Shown one piece after another: positions 31,724-41,430 of a stretch of 64,000 nucleotides of DNA (its first letter is position 1; the number at the start of each line of letters is the position of its first letter). The notes beneath the pieces are model-generated. The model saw only the letters and a program-made list of their open reading frames with translations. It had not been told where the DNA came from and did no database searches. Origin of the DNA: a virus (lineage: Duplodnaviria > Heunggongvirae > Uroviricota > Caudoviricetes); IMG/VR virus record IMGVR_UViG_3300018475_000004; one strand, 5' to 3'. A program made the position numbers and the translations under genes.

Positions 31724-32158
31724 ATGACTAAACAAGAACTGATCCTCGATTTCATCAAGCAGTTCCGAGACTTGGGCGCAGAAAATGCATTTTCCAATGG
31801 AATGTGCTTTCACTTCACAGTTATTCTGCGGCATCGCTTCGGATCGCTCCACTGCCCCATCATGTATGACCAGGTGGCCAATCACTTCGCAACTGAAATC
31901 GAAGGCCGCATTTACGATATTACCGGCGACATCACCGACAACCCCGAGTATCACTGGGAGCGTTGGAGTGATGTAAAGAAGCAAGATCCTGCTCTCGCCA
32001 AGATTATTCGTCGGGATTGTATCCTCAAAATCCCCGACGACCAGCGCAGTTGTGAACTCTGTGCTCATTGTTTCTACGATGAGATTCTGAATTGTTTCCT
32101 CTGCGACTATGACAACGAACCCGTAGACATCTACGGAGTATGCCGGAAGGAGGTATAA
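31724..32158 (+). CDS. Hypothetical phage protein
   Basis: 144 aa, FSNGMCFHF and IYDITG motifs, Cys-rich C-terminus. Confidence 0.65.
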   Translation: MTKQELILDFIKQFRDLGAENAFSNGMCFHFTVILRHRFGSLHCPIMYDQVANHFATEIEGRIYDITGDITDNPEYHWERWSDVKKQDPALAKIIRRDCILKIPDDQRSCELCAHCFYDEILNCFLCDYDNEPVDIYGVCRKEV

Positions 32159-32161
32159 CCA

Positions 32162-32365
32162 ATGATTGCAAGAGTAAATAAGAACTGGGGTATCAATGTC
32201 AAAAACATCAAAGACATTGGTCTTGATGGCGACAAGATCGTTATCACCTGGCTGGACGACAGCACCAACAAGTATCAGGCTGACGATGAAACTATGGCTT
32301 CCATTTATTTCAATCGCTTGATGGATTTGATGGAAGAGTCTATCAGAAAGAATGGTGTAAAGTAA
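32162..32365 (+). CDS. Hypothetical protein
   Basis: 67 aa, RBS. Confidence 0.6.
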   Translation: MIARVNKNWGINVKNIKDIGLDGDKIVITWLDDSTNKYQADDETMASIYFNRLMDLMEESIRKNGVK

Positions 32366-32586
32366 TGGGCAAGGCATACGCGATTCTCTATACAGTATAT
32401 TTCTACGAGACAGATGTTATAAAACACTATAATGGCTTCACTTTTGCAAATTCTATTGCTGAAGCCTGCCATGAAATTGAAGATGAATTTCCCGGGTCAG
32501 TGCGCATTGATATTCAAGCATTCGATTCCTACTTTGAGATCCCCGATGATAAGATGGAATTTTTCAAGGAGATGTTGACAGCATGA
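32365..32586 (+). CDS. Hypothetical protein
   Basis: 73 aa, TAATG coupling. Confidence 0.6.
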   Translation: MGKAYAILYTVYFYETDVIKHYNGFTFANSIAEACHEIEDEFPGSVRIDIQAFDSYFEIPDDKMEFFKEMLTA

Positions 32587-33056
32587 AAATTTGCGGCGAG
32601 TGCGCCTATAAGGCGCTTCAAGACGGGAAGTGTCCTGTCTTTGGACGAGAAATGCCGGTCGAAACACCGGGATGCCCCATCTTCTCAACCACGATAACTA
32701 AATGCGCTCTTTGCGGCAACATCATCATGAGCCAGCCAATCATTGATTACGATCAAGATGGCAATACTCATATCATTTGCCGCAACTGTCTCAGCGCAAC
32801 CCCATGCGAAACCTGCACCCGCGCAAATGTTTGCTACTTCCAGACCGATCATACCTGCCAAGAGCCACCATTCATCATGCATGAAGTGCGACAAGGCAAT
32901 ATGATTATGCAGACACAGATCATGAATCCGAAGCGAGTCATGGCAACCTGCGCCAAGTGCGAGTGCTTCAATGAAGATGGTCTGGATACAAATACATTCT
33001 GCCGCAAACAAGAAGGTTGCGGTTGTAAAAATCAAAAAACGAATTGGAGAGATTGA
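32583..33056 (+). CDS. Cys-rich metal-binding protein
   Basis: 157 aa with multiple CxxC pairs, ATGA coupling. Confidence 0.6.
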   Translation: MKICGECAYKALQDGKCPVFGREMPVETPGCPIFSTTITKCALCGNIIMSQPIIDYDQDGNTHIICRNCLSATPCETCTRANVCYFQTDHTCQEPPFIMHEVRQGNMIMQTQIMNPKRVMATCAKCECFNEDGLDTNTFCRKQEGCGCKNQKTNWRD

Positions 33057-33475
33057 ATATGATTCCTTTTTTTATTCTACTGGGCGCAATCGTAGTAATG
33101 ACTGTCGCAGCCATCTCTATTTGGCTTCATCCCACTAAGCTCGCTAAGGGTATCGTCAGTGGTGCATTGGTTGTCGCAATCATCTTTGCTATCTTCTGCA
33201 TCGCCCTGAACGCCGCGGCCAAGAGCGACCTGAATTATCTGACTGTTCGTTATGACGACCTGATGCTGTATTACAATACCGTTGTATATTCTGATAATGA
33301 ATATGTGCGATACGACTATTACGACAAGGTCAATACTTATAACGAAGCCTACGAAAAAGTGATTGCGGCCTCCGAAAGCAAGTGGAATGGTTGGTTCTAT
33401 CCTGCGGAGGATATTGCCAAGCTGAATACCATTGACTTCACTCTGCATGGAGATAACTTCTATGGAGAAGGATAA
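33044..33475 (+). CDS. Membrane-anchored hypothetical protein
   Basis: Two N-terminal TM helices then Tyr-rich helix. Confidence 0.6.
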   Translation: MERLNMIPFFILLGAIVVMTVAAISIWLHPTKLAKGIVSGALVVAIIFAIFCIALNAAAKSDLNYLTVRYDDLMLYYNTVVYSDNEYVRYDYYDKVNTYNEAYEKVIAASESKWNGWFYPAEDIAKLNTIDFTLHGDNFYGEG

Positions 33476-33806
33476 GGTTCTCGTTTATCGAGATGAGTTC
33501 ATGGAGCAGATGATCAAATGCATCGGCTCTGAAGAATGGAAAAAAGCGTTCAACGATAAGCCCAAGAGCGAACTAACTGCGGCGATGGCTGGCATTGGTT
33601 TTGCTGGTAATTATGCGGCGGTCCATACTATCGAGCGCATTGCCGCCCGCACTGTGCGCCCTTGCCAGTGGTGCGGTGAATGTCCCGTTTGGACCATCGC
33701 ATTTGAAGACGGTTCTGAATTAGACACATGGCCTAAGGTAGTCGTGGAATGTGTGCGGCGTGACTGCCCTGTAGTCGGAGAGGATGTAAGATATGCCCAA
33801 GTTTAA
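33462..33806 (+). CDS. Hypothetical protein
   Basis: 114 aa, CQWCGEC motif. Confidence 0.55.
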   Translation: MEKDKVLVYRDEFMEQMIKCIGSEEWKKAFNDKPKSELTAAMAGIGFAGNYAAVHTIERIAARTVRPCQWCGECPVWTIAFEDGSELDTWPKVVVECVRRDCPVVGEDVRYAQV

Positions 33807-34164
33807 GATTTATGCCGGTTTGTCCGGTGGTTTTGGCGGTGCTCACTATCATTGCACCGATGAGTTCATTGATCATGCTGACGCTGAGCAGTATGCTCGT
33901 GAACTGGCAATGGAAGAGTATGAATCCTATGGCGGCTATCATGGCCTTTATACCTGGGATTCCATGCGCCAGGAAATTGCTGATGAACTGTATGATGGCG
34001 ACATCGAACAGGTTGATCCCGAGGATGTTGATGATCGCATGACTGAAGAAGTCGAAGGTTGGATTACTTATAAGGTAATTCCCGTTCATGATGGTGTCCT
34101 CCTTGATGAAGAAGATGAAGATGGCATATATGATGATGACGACGCAGATTGCTTCTGCGATTGA
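33793..34164 (+). CDS. Acidic hypothetical phage protein
   Basis: 123 aa, YAGLSGGFGGA...YGGYHG motifs. Confidence 0.65.
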   Translation: MPKFKIYAGLSGGFGGAHYHCTDEFIDHADAEQYARELAMEEYESYGGYHGLYTWDSMRQEIADELYDGDIEQVDPEDVDDRMTEEVEGWITYKVIPVHDGVLLDEEDEDGIYDDDDADCFCD

Positions 34165-34212
34165 TTTCTTTTCTAAATAAATTATACAAAAATAAGAAAG
34201 GAAAATCAACTA

Positions 34213-34398
34213 ATGAAAGAATTCTTTGCCCGTCTGATTCTCAATTTCATCTTCATTCTAAGCATTGTAATAGCCTGCGTTTGCGGCATAGGCATTTTCA
34301 TTGCTCTGTTGGAATGTGCTTGGGATGTTATGATCCTGTGCATTATCCTTTGCCCTCTTGGTTGCGCGACCGCCATCACGATTGGATCAATCAAATAA
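34213..34398 (+). CDS. Small membrane protein
   Basis: 61 aa, two hydrophobic helices, terminator follows. Confidence 0.55.
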   Translation: MKEFFARLILNFIFILSIVIACVCGIGIFIALLECAWDVMILCIILCPLGCATAITIGSIK

Positions 34399-34505
34399 CA
34401 CAATTATCAAACCTCCTGGTTCACAGGAGGTTTTTTGATTTTTATAAAAAAATATGATATAATATTTATGTAAGATAAAGAGAGAGGAAAGGGCTGGTAA
34501 AAGTT

Positions 34506-34787
34506 ATGGCTAAGAGATGCTTCGGGTTTTACAATGAAGATGGTGAACGCGAAGTCACCATGGACCTGGATAAAGGTCAGCAAGAACTTCTGAGTTTCTT
34601 GCAGGACTGGGGTTTCCTGTTGGACAGTATCCATATTCAGGACCTGGGTGAAGTGCGCCAATATCCGCCCTATGCCAACTGTCCCGAGTGCGGCAAGACC
34701 TGTATCCTGCTGAGTGGCTTCGGCAATGAAGCTGAGTTCTGGTGTGATGATTGCGGCCTGGACTTTATCGTGGAGGTAGAGGAATGA
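34506..34787 (+). CDS. Zinc-ribbon protein
   Basis: CPECG and CDDCG motifs. Confidence 0.6.
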   Translation: MAKRCFGFYNEDGEREVTMDLDKGQQELLSFLQDWGFLLDSIHIQDLGEVRQYPPYANCPECGKTCILLSGFGNEAEFWCDDCGLDFIVEVEE

Positions 34788-35179
34788 GTTTTCATGGGCC
34801 TGTGATTATTGTGGGAATGGGAAAACCTCCCCTCTCTGAAGAAATGAAAGAAGCTATTGAAAAGGCAGTCCAAGCTATGTGGGCTCCTAAGAAGGAGGAA
34901 AAGAAAATGAAGTATTTCCGTTTACGTGCTTATACTCCTTACTGTGGTGAGGAGCTGACTGCGGTCGCCAAGGGTGAGAGCGAACATGAGGTTCTCGCTT
35001 CCGGCTTACCCGACGATCTGATGGCTGACTGCGCTGCCGAATGGTTCGACCCGGCTGACTATGAAACCTTCGGCTACGAAGACGAAGAAGAGTATGAAGA
35101 AATGTACTACCAGGAGTGCGGCTGTGAGATTGTAGAAATCTCTGAGGCCGAGTATCTGGAAGAGCTGGATCATCTGTAA
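34784..35179 (+). CDS. Acidic hypothetical protein
   Basis: ATGA coupling, AAYTPYCGE-like motif. Confidence 0.6.
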   Translation: MSFHGPVIIVGMGKPPLSEEMKEAIEKAVQAMWAPKKEEKKMKYFRLRAYTPYCGEELTAVAKGESEHEVLASGLPDDLMADCAAEWFDPADYETFGYEDEEEYEEMYYQECGCEIVEISEAEYLEELDHL

Positions 35180-35185
35180 GGAGGA

Positions 35186-35569
35186 GTGAATATGTTTTTT
35201 ATGACCAAGGCTCGTCATGAGCGAGAAATTGCCCAATATGTCTGTGATCTGGATGAAGCTGAACAGGACGTTTCTCATTACCGCCACAGCTGGCTGGAGT
35301 CCGATAAAAAGAATAAAGAACTCCAGAAGCAGCTGGATGATCAGAATATGATTCATCGAGAAAAAGAAGCTGCGGCTCTCCGCATTACCGCGGAAAGTAA
35401 TAAGTTCATGAACGCCGCGATCGAAGCCAAGAGCGAAAATGCTATCCTGCGTCAGATTGTGGAAGATCTGAGTGGCAGGCCTGCGGACGAGCTTATTGCA
35501 GCACATAAACGAGCAGTTCGTCTGCTGGAATATGGTGTGCGTGAAGAGCTAATCGGAAAGAAAGAATAA
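35186..35569 (+). CDS. Coiled-coil hypothetical protein
   Basis: 127 aa, heptad-rich. Confidence 0.6.
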   Translation: MNMFFMTKARHEREIAQYVCDLDEAEQDVSHYRHSWLESDKKNKELQKQLDDQNMIHREKEAAALRITAESNKFMNAAIEAKSENAILRQIVEDLSGRPADELIAAHKRAVRLLEYGVREELIGKKE

Positions 35570-35683
35570 TATCTGATTATCGTTATAATAAGAAGCCTCC
35601 TAGCGCAGAGAGGCTTTTTTGATTTTTATAAAAAAATATGATATAATATATATGTAAGGTTGAGAGAGAAATGAAACAAAGTT

Positions 35684-36850
35684 ATGGAGGAACACTCAAT
35701 GAAGGTAAAAGTAAATTTTAAGAAGCCTACTGTGATGCTGACCGCTGACAAGTATTCTTCCATGCTGAAAGAAATGGAAGATATGCGCCATGACCTGGCT
35801 CTGTATAGAGGCTGGCACGCTGAAGATCAGGGCAAGATTCTGGACCTGATTACCAAACGAGATCAGCAAGCAGCTCTGATTCAGGAGCTGAATGACCAGA
35901 TCGAGGCCAGTGAAACCACTCGCAAGGATGCAGAAGATGCTCTGGTAATCGCCAAGAAGAACGCAACTCTGCGTGAGATGGGCTGGGATATGCTCCACAA
36001 GCAGATTGAAGAGCTTCAGCGCGAAAACCGTGGTCTGCGGATGCAGGTTGACCGTGCGGAAAAGCGAGCTGAAGATGCTGCATATGAGCTGGATACTGCT
36101 AAGCAAACCATCGCCAATCTGCAGGAGTTCCGTGAAGACCTGGGTCAGGAAGTTGATGAAGCCAACCGCACCATTGCCGAGATGGCTACTGAAATCCAGG
36201 AGCTGAAGACTGATCGGAATATCACCATCGCTGAAAATGAGCGTCTGCGCGCTCGCATGGCTGAGAAGGATAAGACCAATGACATCGCCGTCCGCGCCAC
36301 TTCCGAACTGGCTGATATGGTGGTGAATGCTCGCAATGAACGAGACACTGCTCGAACCGAAGCCGAAGACCTGCATCTGGAACTGATGGAGCGTGACTGT
36401 CGAATCGACGAACTGGAAAAGCAGGTTGAGTGGCTGCGAAATAAGAATGAAGAGTGGGCTCAGGTGGCCAATGATCAGAAGAGCACCATCATCAATTACG
36501 AAGCCGTAATTCAGAGCCTGCAGGAAGAGGTAGAGCGTTGGAAGCGCATCGCTTCTGACAATGTCGACCTGGCAAAGCAGTTCCATCATGAAGCTCTGGC
36601 GGCTGAGGAAGAAGCCAAGAGAATGAAGAACTCTTACGATGCTCTATATGAGCAGTCTGCCAGCAACCATGCCAATGCCGAGTATTGGGAAGACCAGACT
36701 CGTCGACTGGAATCTGATGTCGATATCCTGCAGCGCCAGCTCAAGGCAAATGAAGAGGAATACAACAACCTGCGGAAGATGTATGTTGAACTGAGGGATG
36801 CTGCGGCCGTCGCAGCAAGCCATATTCGCAGCAATACGGTCGCTAATTGA
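35684..36850 (+). CDS. Long coiled-coil protein
   Basis: 388 aa almost entirely E/K/A/L/Q-rich helix, own promoter. Confidence 0.75.
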   Translation: MEEHSMKVKVNFKKPTVMLTADKYSSMLKEMEDMRHDLALYRGWHAEDQGKILDLITKRDQQAALIQELNDQIEASETTRKDAEDALVIAKKNATLREMGWDMLHKQIEELQRENRGLRMQVDRAEKRAEDAAYELDTAKQTIANLQEFREDLGQEVDEANRTIAEMATEIQELKTDRNITIAENERLRARMAEKDKTNDIAVRATSELADMVVNARNERDTARTEAEDLHLELMERDCRIDELEKQVEWLRNKNEEWAQVANDQKSTIINYEAVIQSLQEEVERWKRIASDNVDLAKQFHHEALAAEEEAKRMKNSYDALYEQSASNHANAEYWEDQTRRLESDVDILQRQLKANEEEYNNLRKMYVELRDAAAVAASHIRSNTVAN

Positions 36851-37094
36851 TTTTTCAAAAAAAATATGATATAATATATATGTAAGGTAAAGGAAGAAAA
36901 CCTTACAAGTAAGGAAAAACTTCAAAACCCGGCCTACTACACGCTGTAATGAGCTGTAGAGGGGTGAAAACCCTGGGGCATCGTCCCCGCGCTAAGGCAA
37001 CCGTAGCGCCACAGAAATTAGGGAGGTTAGCCGCGAGAATTCAAGAGGTGGTGCGTGAATCCACCTTGTACTCACTTTGAAAGGAATTGATACT

Positions 37095-37358
37095 ATGGAA
37101 TACGATTTTTCCGGTCTGACTTTTGAAGAGCTCCAGAAGATGGAAGCCGCAATCGTCAAAGAGCGTAATGCTCGTAAGGAGGCTCGCTACAATGAATTGG
37201 TTGCCACTCTGTGCAATGCATTCAATGAGCTGAAAAAGGAGTTTCCTACCGCCTGCCTGGATATTGATATCGAGTGCGGCGAGTGTGATTACAGTAACAC
37301 TCTGGATCTGATGGATTACTTCTGCAACGGACTGAAGCCCGCCGACTTTTATCGCTAA
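37095..37358 (+). CDS. Hypothetical protein
   Basis: 87 aa, AAAGGA RBS. Confidence 0.65.
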   Translation: MEYDFSGLTFEELQKMEAAIVKERNARKEARYNELVATLCNAFNELKKEFPTACLDIDIECGECDYSNTLDLMDYFCNGLKPADFYR

Positions 37359-37368
37359 GGAGGAAATT

Positions 37369-37680
37369 ATGGATAAGGTAATTCGTGTTCTGGCCCTGGA
37401 TGATGACAACCATGATTCTATGTTCGCCACTGAAGAGGGCGAGACCTTTGAGAATGCCCGCTTCCTTCTGGAAAAGCTGGGTAAGCCTCATACCGAGACT
37501 TACGATATCCGGGGTTTCTGCCTGATCGATTATGTCGGCCCCGCTGAAAAGCTGGACGATGCTCTGGTAGATTGGCTGTTTGGCTATGTCGGCGGTTTTG
37601 CTATCGCTCCAGAGGGATACACTTATGCAGAAGCCTTTGATCTTCTGTGGGAATCTAGTCAGACGAGGTGGCGTGTATGA
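37369..37680 (+). CDS. Hypothetical protein
   Basis: 103 aa, AAGGAGG RBS. Confidence 0.65.
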   Translation: MDKVIRVLALDDDNHDSMFATEEGETFENARFLLEKLGKPHTETYDIRGFCLIDYVGPAEKLDDALVDWLFGYVGGFAIAPEGYTYAEAFDLLWESSQTRWRV

Positions 37681-37958
37681 GTTGGACTTGCGGGGATAAC
37701 CCCTGTGTAAGAGATGATTGCCCGTATGATTTATGGGCACCCGATCATCGTAACAAAGTGACAAATGTCGCTTTTTCTGCGTATGCTTTTCATCAGCAAG
37801 AGATTGAAGATTATATCAATGCCCTGGCGGCATGCCCTGATCCTAATGATTACGAGGTTCAGCGTAGTCTCGCTCGGCAGATTTTTGGTTATTCTCTCGA
37901 TTGCTTGACTGATGCAGAGATAGAATATATTGAGAAAGAGGTCGCAAAGAGATGGTAA
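37668..37958 (+). CDS. Hypothetical protein
   Basis: 96 aa, overlapping coupling. Confidence 0.6.
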   Translation: MACMSWTCGDNPCVRDDCPYDLWAPDHRNKVTNVAFSAYAFHQQEIEDYINALAACPDPNDYEVQRSLARQIFGYSLDCLTDAEIEYIEKEVAKRW

Positions 37959-39133
37959 GGTCATATGAATTGACTTTTCACGAACTGCAGATCATCATGG
38001 GTGACTTCTCCAAGCTCGTCGATGAAAAAGTTCTGCAGAAGATGCCATATAATATGTGGCGACAAATGACACATCCCTCCGAGCCCGTCAAGGATGTTCT
38101 CGTTGAGTGGGACAATTGGGGTGTCGATATTATCCTAGGTAATACGGTTCATCACTTTGAGGCCGACGACAATAGTTTCGGACAATTTATGATGGATGAT
38201 TACTGTATGGACTGGGAAAGATACGAAGATGGATACTACTCCTCCTATTACCCTGCCCCCAACTGGCGCGACGAAGTAATAAGGGGCGCGTTTGAAGGAG
38301 ACATGAAAAAGGCTTTGAGTGAAGCCAAGGTCGGTATCATTGCTTCCGACCACACCGAGCCCACTGTGGAAATCATGGGCTTAAACACCAAGGCGGACAT
38401 TTCCGCCGTCAATCACATTGAAGAGCGTGTCGCCGCTCTGGAAAGTAAAATCAATACAAACGAAGAAGATAAAAAGGAGAATACTACTATGAAGGGTTTC
38501 AATTTTGATTTCGGTCCTGTCAATCCCGCTGTTGTGAGAATGTCCATGTATGGCCTGGCCATCAAGAATAAGACCGGCACTTTCGTGTCCTACGATGCCA
38601 AAAATGATGAGATCGTCGACGTTGACGTTCTGAACTTCGACGGCGCCAAGTACATCTGGAAGATGCCTGTCGCTATCAAGGACATCGCTATCGGCGATAC
38701 CATTGTCCACCAGAATGTTCCCATGTTCGTTGTGGGCATTTCCGAAGATAAGAAGGCTCTGTTTGCGGTCGACCCTGTGGTCGGTGAGCGCAAGGAGATC
38801 ATGCTGACCCGTTCCCCCTTCGGTTTCCACTTCGCCACCAAGGTTATCAACCTGCTGGGCGGTATGTTCAGCGGTGAGGCAACTGCCGAGAACCCCTTTG
38901 GTAATATGTGGATGTTGATGGCCCTGGGCGATGAGAACAACGACATGAAGGAGCTGCTGCCCTTCATGGTGATGGCTAACGGCGGCATGAATACCATGAA
39001 CCCCATGATGTTCTACTGTCTGATGGGCAAGGAGAACGTTGATCCCATGGCTCTGGCCATGATGATGGGCGCCTTCAATCCCGCACCCGCACATGAGTGC
39101 AACTGCGGTGGTAACTGCGGCAACCATAACTAA
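37952..39133 (+). CDS. Hypothetical phage protein (possible internal start at MKGFNFDFG)
   Basis: 393 aa; Met-rich C-terminus; internal AAGGAG RBS near 38475. Confidence 0.65.
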   Translation: MVRSYELTFHELQIIMGDFSKLVDEKVLQKMPYNMWRQMTHPSEPVKDVLVEWDNWGVDIILGNTVHHFEADDNSFGQFMMDDYCMDWERYEDGYYSSYYPAPNWRDEVIRGAFEGDMKKALSEAKVGIIASDHTEPTVEIMGLNTKADISAVNHIEERVAALESKINTNEEDKKENTTMKGFNFDFGPVNPAVVRMSMYGLAIKNKTGTFVSYDAKNDEIVDVDVLNFDGAKYIWKMPVAIKDIAIGDTIVHQNVPMFVVGISEDKKALFAVDPVVGERKEIMLTRSPFGFHFATKVINLLGGMFSGEATAENPFGNMWMLMALGDENNDMKELLPFMVMANGGMNTMNPMMFYCLMGKENVDPMALAMMMGAFNPAPAHECNCGGNCGNHN

Positions 39134-39233
39134 TCATAAGGCTCCTCTGCTTGGAGCAGAGGAGCTTACTTGATTTTTTATAAAATATTTTGTATAATAT
39201 ATATACAAGATATGAAAAAGAGGTAAAAAGCAA

Positions 39234-40829
39234 ATGAGTTTGTATGATAAGTTGCCAACTGTTGATGTTGACACGCTGTGGAAATACCTGGATCTTTATA
39301 GCGGAGGAAGCCCTCTCCCCCGTGAGGAAATGAACTATTTCCTTCGTTATTGGGATACTGCTAAACAGCCTTTCTACGAGGCTTTTGGTGAAAACTTTAT
39401 CATCAAAAAGGCTGTTTGTTTTGATAAGCCTTGTGAAGACATGGAAGAAGAGATGGAAGACACTCTGCGCTATGGCTGTCCTGTTGCTGCTCTCTTCCGA
39501 AATGAATTCAAGAATCGTATAAGGACAGTATTTCCTCCCTATACCGATGAATATTACAACATGAAGCGTTTCGTAGATGACTACGCGATGCTGGTAAAAA
39601 ATATTTATGACGGACCTGCTATTACCATTCCGGCAATTTTTACCGTGACTGGTCGCCCCTTGCAGGTCAACCAGAACTGTAAGGCCAGTAAGATGCTTGG
39701 TAAGATTGCCGAAGCTCTTAACTGCGCTGAGCACTATGAGGCTTTCCGACAGGCTCACTCCCAGGTTCTGAACCAGAAGCAGATTAGAGGTAATCTGTGT
39801 TTGAGTATTCATCCTCTGGACTTTTTGACCATGAGCGATAATGCTTCTAACTGGGGTTCCTGTATGAGCTGGATGGATGAGCCGGGCGATTATCGACTGG
39901 GAACCATCGAAATGATGAACTCTCCCTGCGTTGTTATCGCCTATGTGGAAGCTAAGGAACCTATGTCTTTGGAATATAACGGAGATACCTGGAACAACAA
40001 GCGTTGGCGCCAGTTGTATGTGGTTTCTCCGGAAATGATTCTTGGTAATCGCCAATATCCTTATAACAGCGACGTCCTCCAGGGAACTACTATCAAGTGG
40101 TTGCGGGAGCTGATGACTCCTTGTAAGCCTTATGGCCCCTACGCAGAAGAGACTTGCCAGATTGAGAATTTCAAGAATAATGTCTTTGGCGGTAACCGGG
40201 TTTATGTAAGTCTGAATATGGATTATATGTATAATGATATTTATAATCAGCGTTTGGCTTATGTGGCACCTGAGTATTTCGCCAAGAATGATCGGTTCTA
40301 TCTCAACGTGTCTGGACCCGCAATCTGCACTGGATGCGGAGAGGTTATTGAGCCAAAAGAAGTTGATCCTTGCGACGTGCGTTGCCGCCGTTGTAATGGT
40401 TACTTCTATTGCTCTCACTGCGGCGAATGGTCCGGTGGAGAGTGCTATACTGGCGGAGATGGAAGACTCTATTGTGAGTATTGCTACTACAATGAGTTGG
40501 AAAGATGTGAGTGCTGTGATGATCACACCAGTGAATCTGATATGCGCCACATCTACATCCAAATGCCAGGAGTAGAAACATTCGATAATTGGAGATACTA
40601 TATCTCCATCTGTAACTACTGCTATCAGCATGGTTGCTATAAGAAAGAATATGGCGAGGTTCTTCTCGTAAAGGACGAATACGGTATCGAGCGTCTTGCG
40701 TTTGACCTTCGCAATATTGACGAAGATGCTCTGGGTGTTGACCTGGATTATCGAACCGTAGATTTGTTGGTGGCAATCCGCAATGCTTCTACGGAAGAAG
40801 AGCGGGATGCTCTAATCGAAAAACTCTAA
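39234..40829 (+). CDS. Conserved phage protein with C-terminal CxxC repeats, paralog 1
   Basis: LCLSIHPLDFLTMSDN...W.SCM motif shared with 44450-45856. Confidence 0.7.
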   Translation: MSLYDKLPTVDVDTLWKYLDLYSGGSPLPREEMNYFLRYWDTAKQPFYEAFGENFIIKKAVCFDKPCEDMEEEMEDTLRYGCPVAALFRNEFKNRIRTVFPPYTDEYYNMKRFVDDYAMLVKNIYDGPAITIPAIFTVTGRPLQVNQNCKASKMLGKIAEALNCAEHYEAFRQAHSQVLNQKQIRGNLCLSIHPLDFLTMSDNASNWGSCMSWMDEPGDYRLGTIEMMNSPCVVIAYVEAKEPMSLEYNGDTWNNKRWRQLYVVSPEMILGNRQYPYNSDVLQGTTIKWLRELMTPCKPYGPYAEETCQIENFKNNVFGGNRVYVSLNMDYMYNDIYNQRLAYVAPEYFAKNDRFYLNVSGPAICTGCGEVIEPKEVDPCDVRCRRCNGYFYCSHCGEWSGGECYTGGDGRLYCEYCYYNELERCECCDDHTSESDMRHIYIQMPGVETFDNWRYYISICNYCYQHGCYKKEYGEVLLVKDEYGIERLAFDLRNIDEDALGVDLDYRTVDLLVAIRNASTEEERDALIEKL

Positions 40830-40919
40830 TTTGATTTTTCAAAAAAAATATTATATAATATATATGTAAGGTAAAGGAAATCCTTACACAAGAAATAAAA
40901 AAATTTTGAAAGGTATAAG

Positions 40920-41336
40920 GTGAAAACTATGGAAAAGATTACTAAGCGTGAGATGTATGAGGCTATCAAGGAGACTTTCGAGACCGGCTCCTGCAAGTTC
41001 GACGCCGCCACTGTTGTGGCTTTCTGTGAAAAGGAGATCGCTTCTCTGGACGCCAAGGCCGCTAAGGCTAAGGAGCGTGCCGCTGCCAAGAAGGCTGAGG
41101 CTGATGTTCTGATGGATCAGGTCGAGGCTGTTCTGACCGATGAGTTCCAGGTCATCGCTGATATCGCTGCCGCTGTTGCGGAAACCAATGCTGATGCCAC
41201 CGTTTCCAAGGTTCAGTATCGCTTGAACAAGCTGGTTGAAGCAGAGACCGCTGAAAAGACTCAGGTTACCATTCCTGCCAGCGCGGGCTCTAAGGCAAGA
41301 AAGGTTATGGCTTACCGATTGATTGCTCGAGACTAA
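40920..41336 (+). CDS. Winged-helix-like protein, distant paralog A3
   Basis: ITKREMYEAI...FCEKEIASL..KAAK...V..VLTDE...TVSKVQYRLNKLVEA architecture like 22247 and 25258. Confidence 0.55.
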   Translation: MKTMEKITKREMYEAIKETFETGSCKFDAATVVAFCEKEIASLDAKAAKAKERAAAKKAEADVLMDQVEAVLTDEFQVIADIAAAVAETNADATVSKVQYRLNKLVEAETAEKTQVTIPASAGSKARKVMAYRLIARD

Positions 41337-41430
41337 TCGCGGACAACTGTCAGTAAAGTCGCATAATTTTGGTCAAAGAGGGATAGATTTCTATCCCTCT
41401 TTTTCATATATATTAGAAGGAGTTGATTTT

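Noticed and set aside
35696-40631. Long minus-strand ORFs (35696-36589, 38381-39127, 39075-40631) and similar shadows at 14-27 kb
   Set aside because: They mirror RBS- and promoter-supported plus-strand genes whose codon bias leaves the antisense frame open; no RBS or recognisable motifs.
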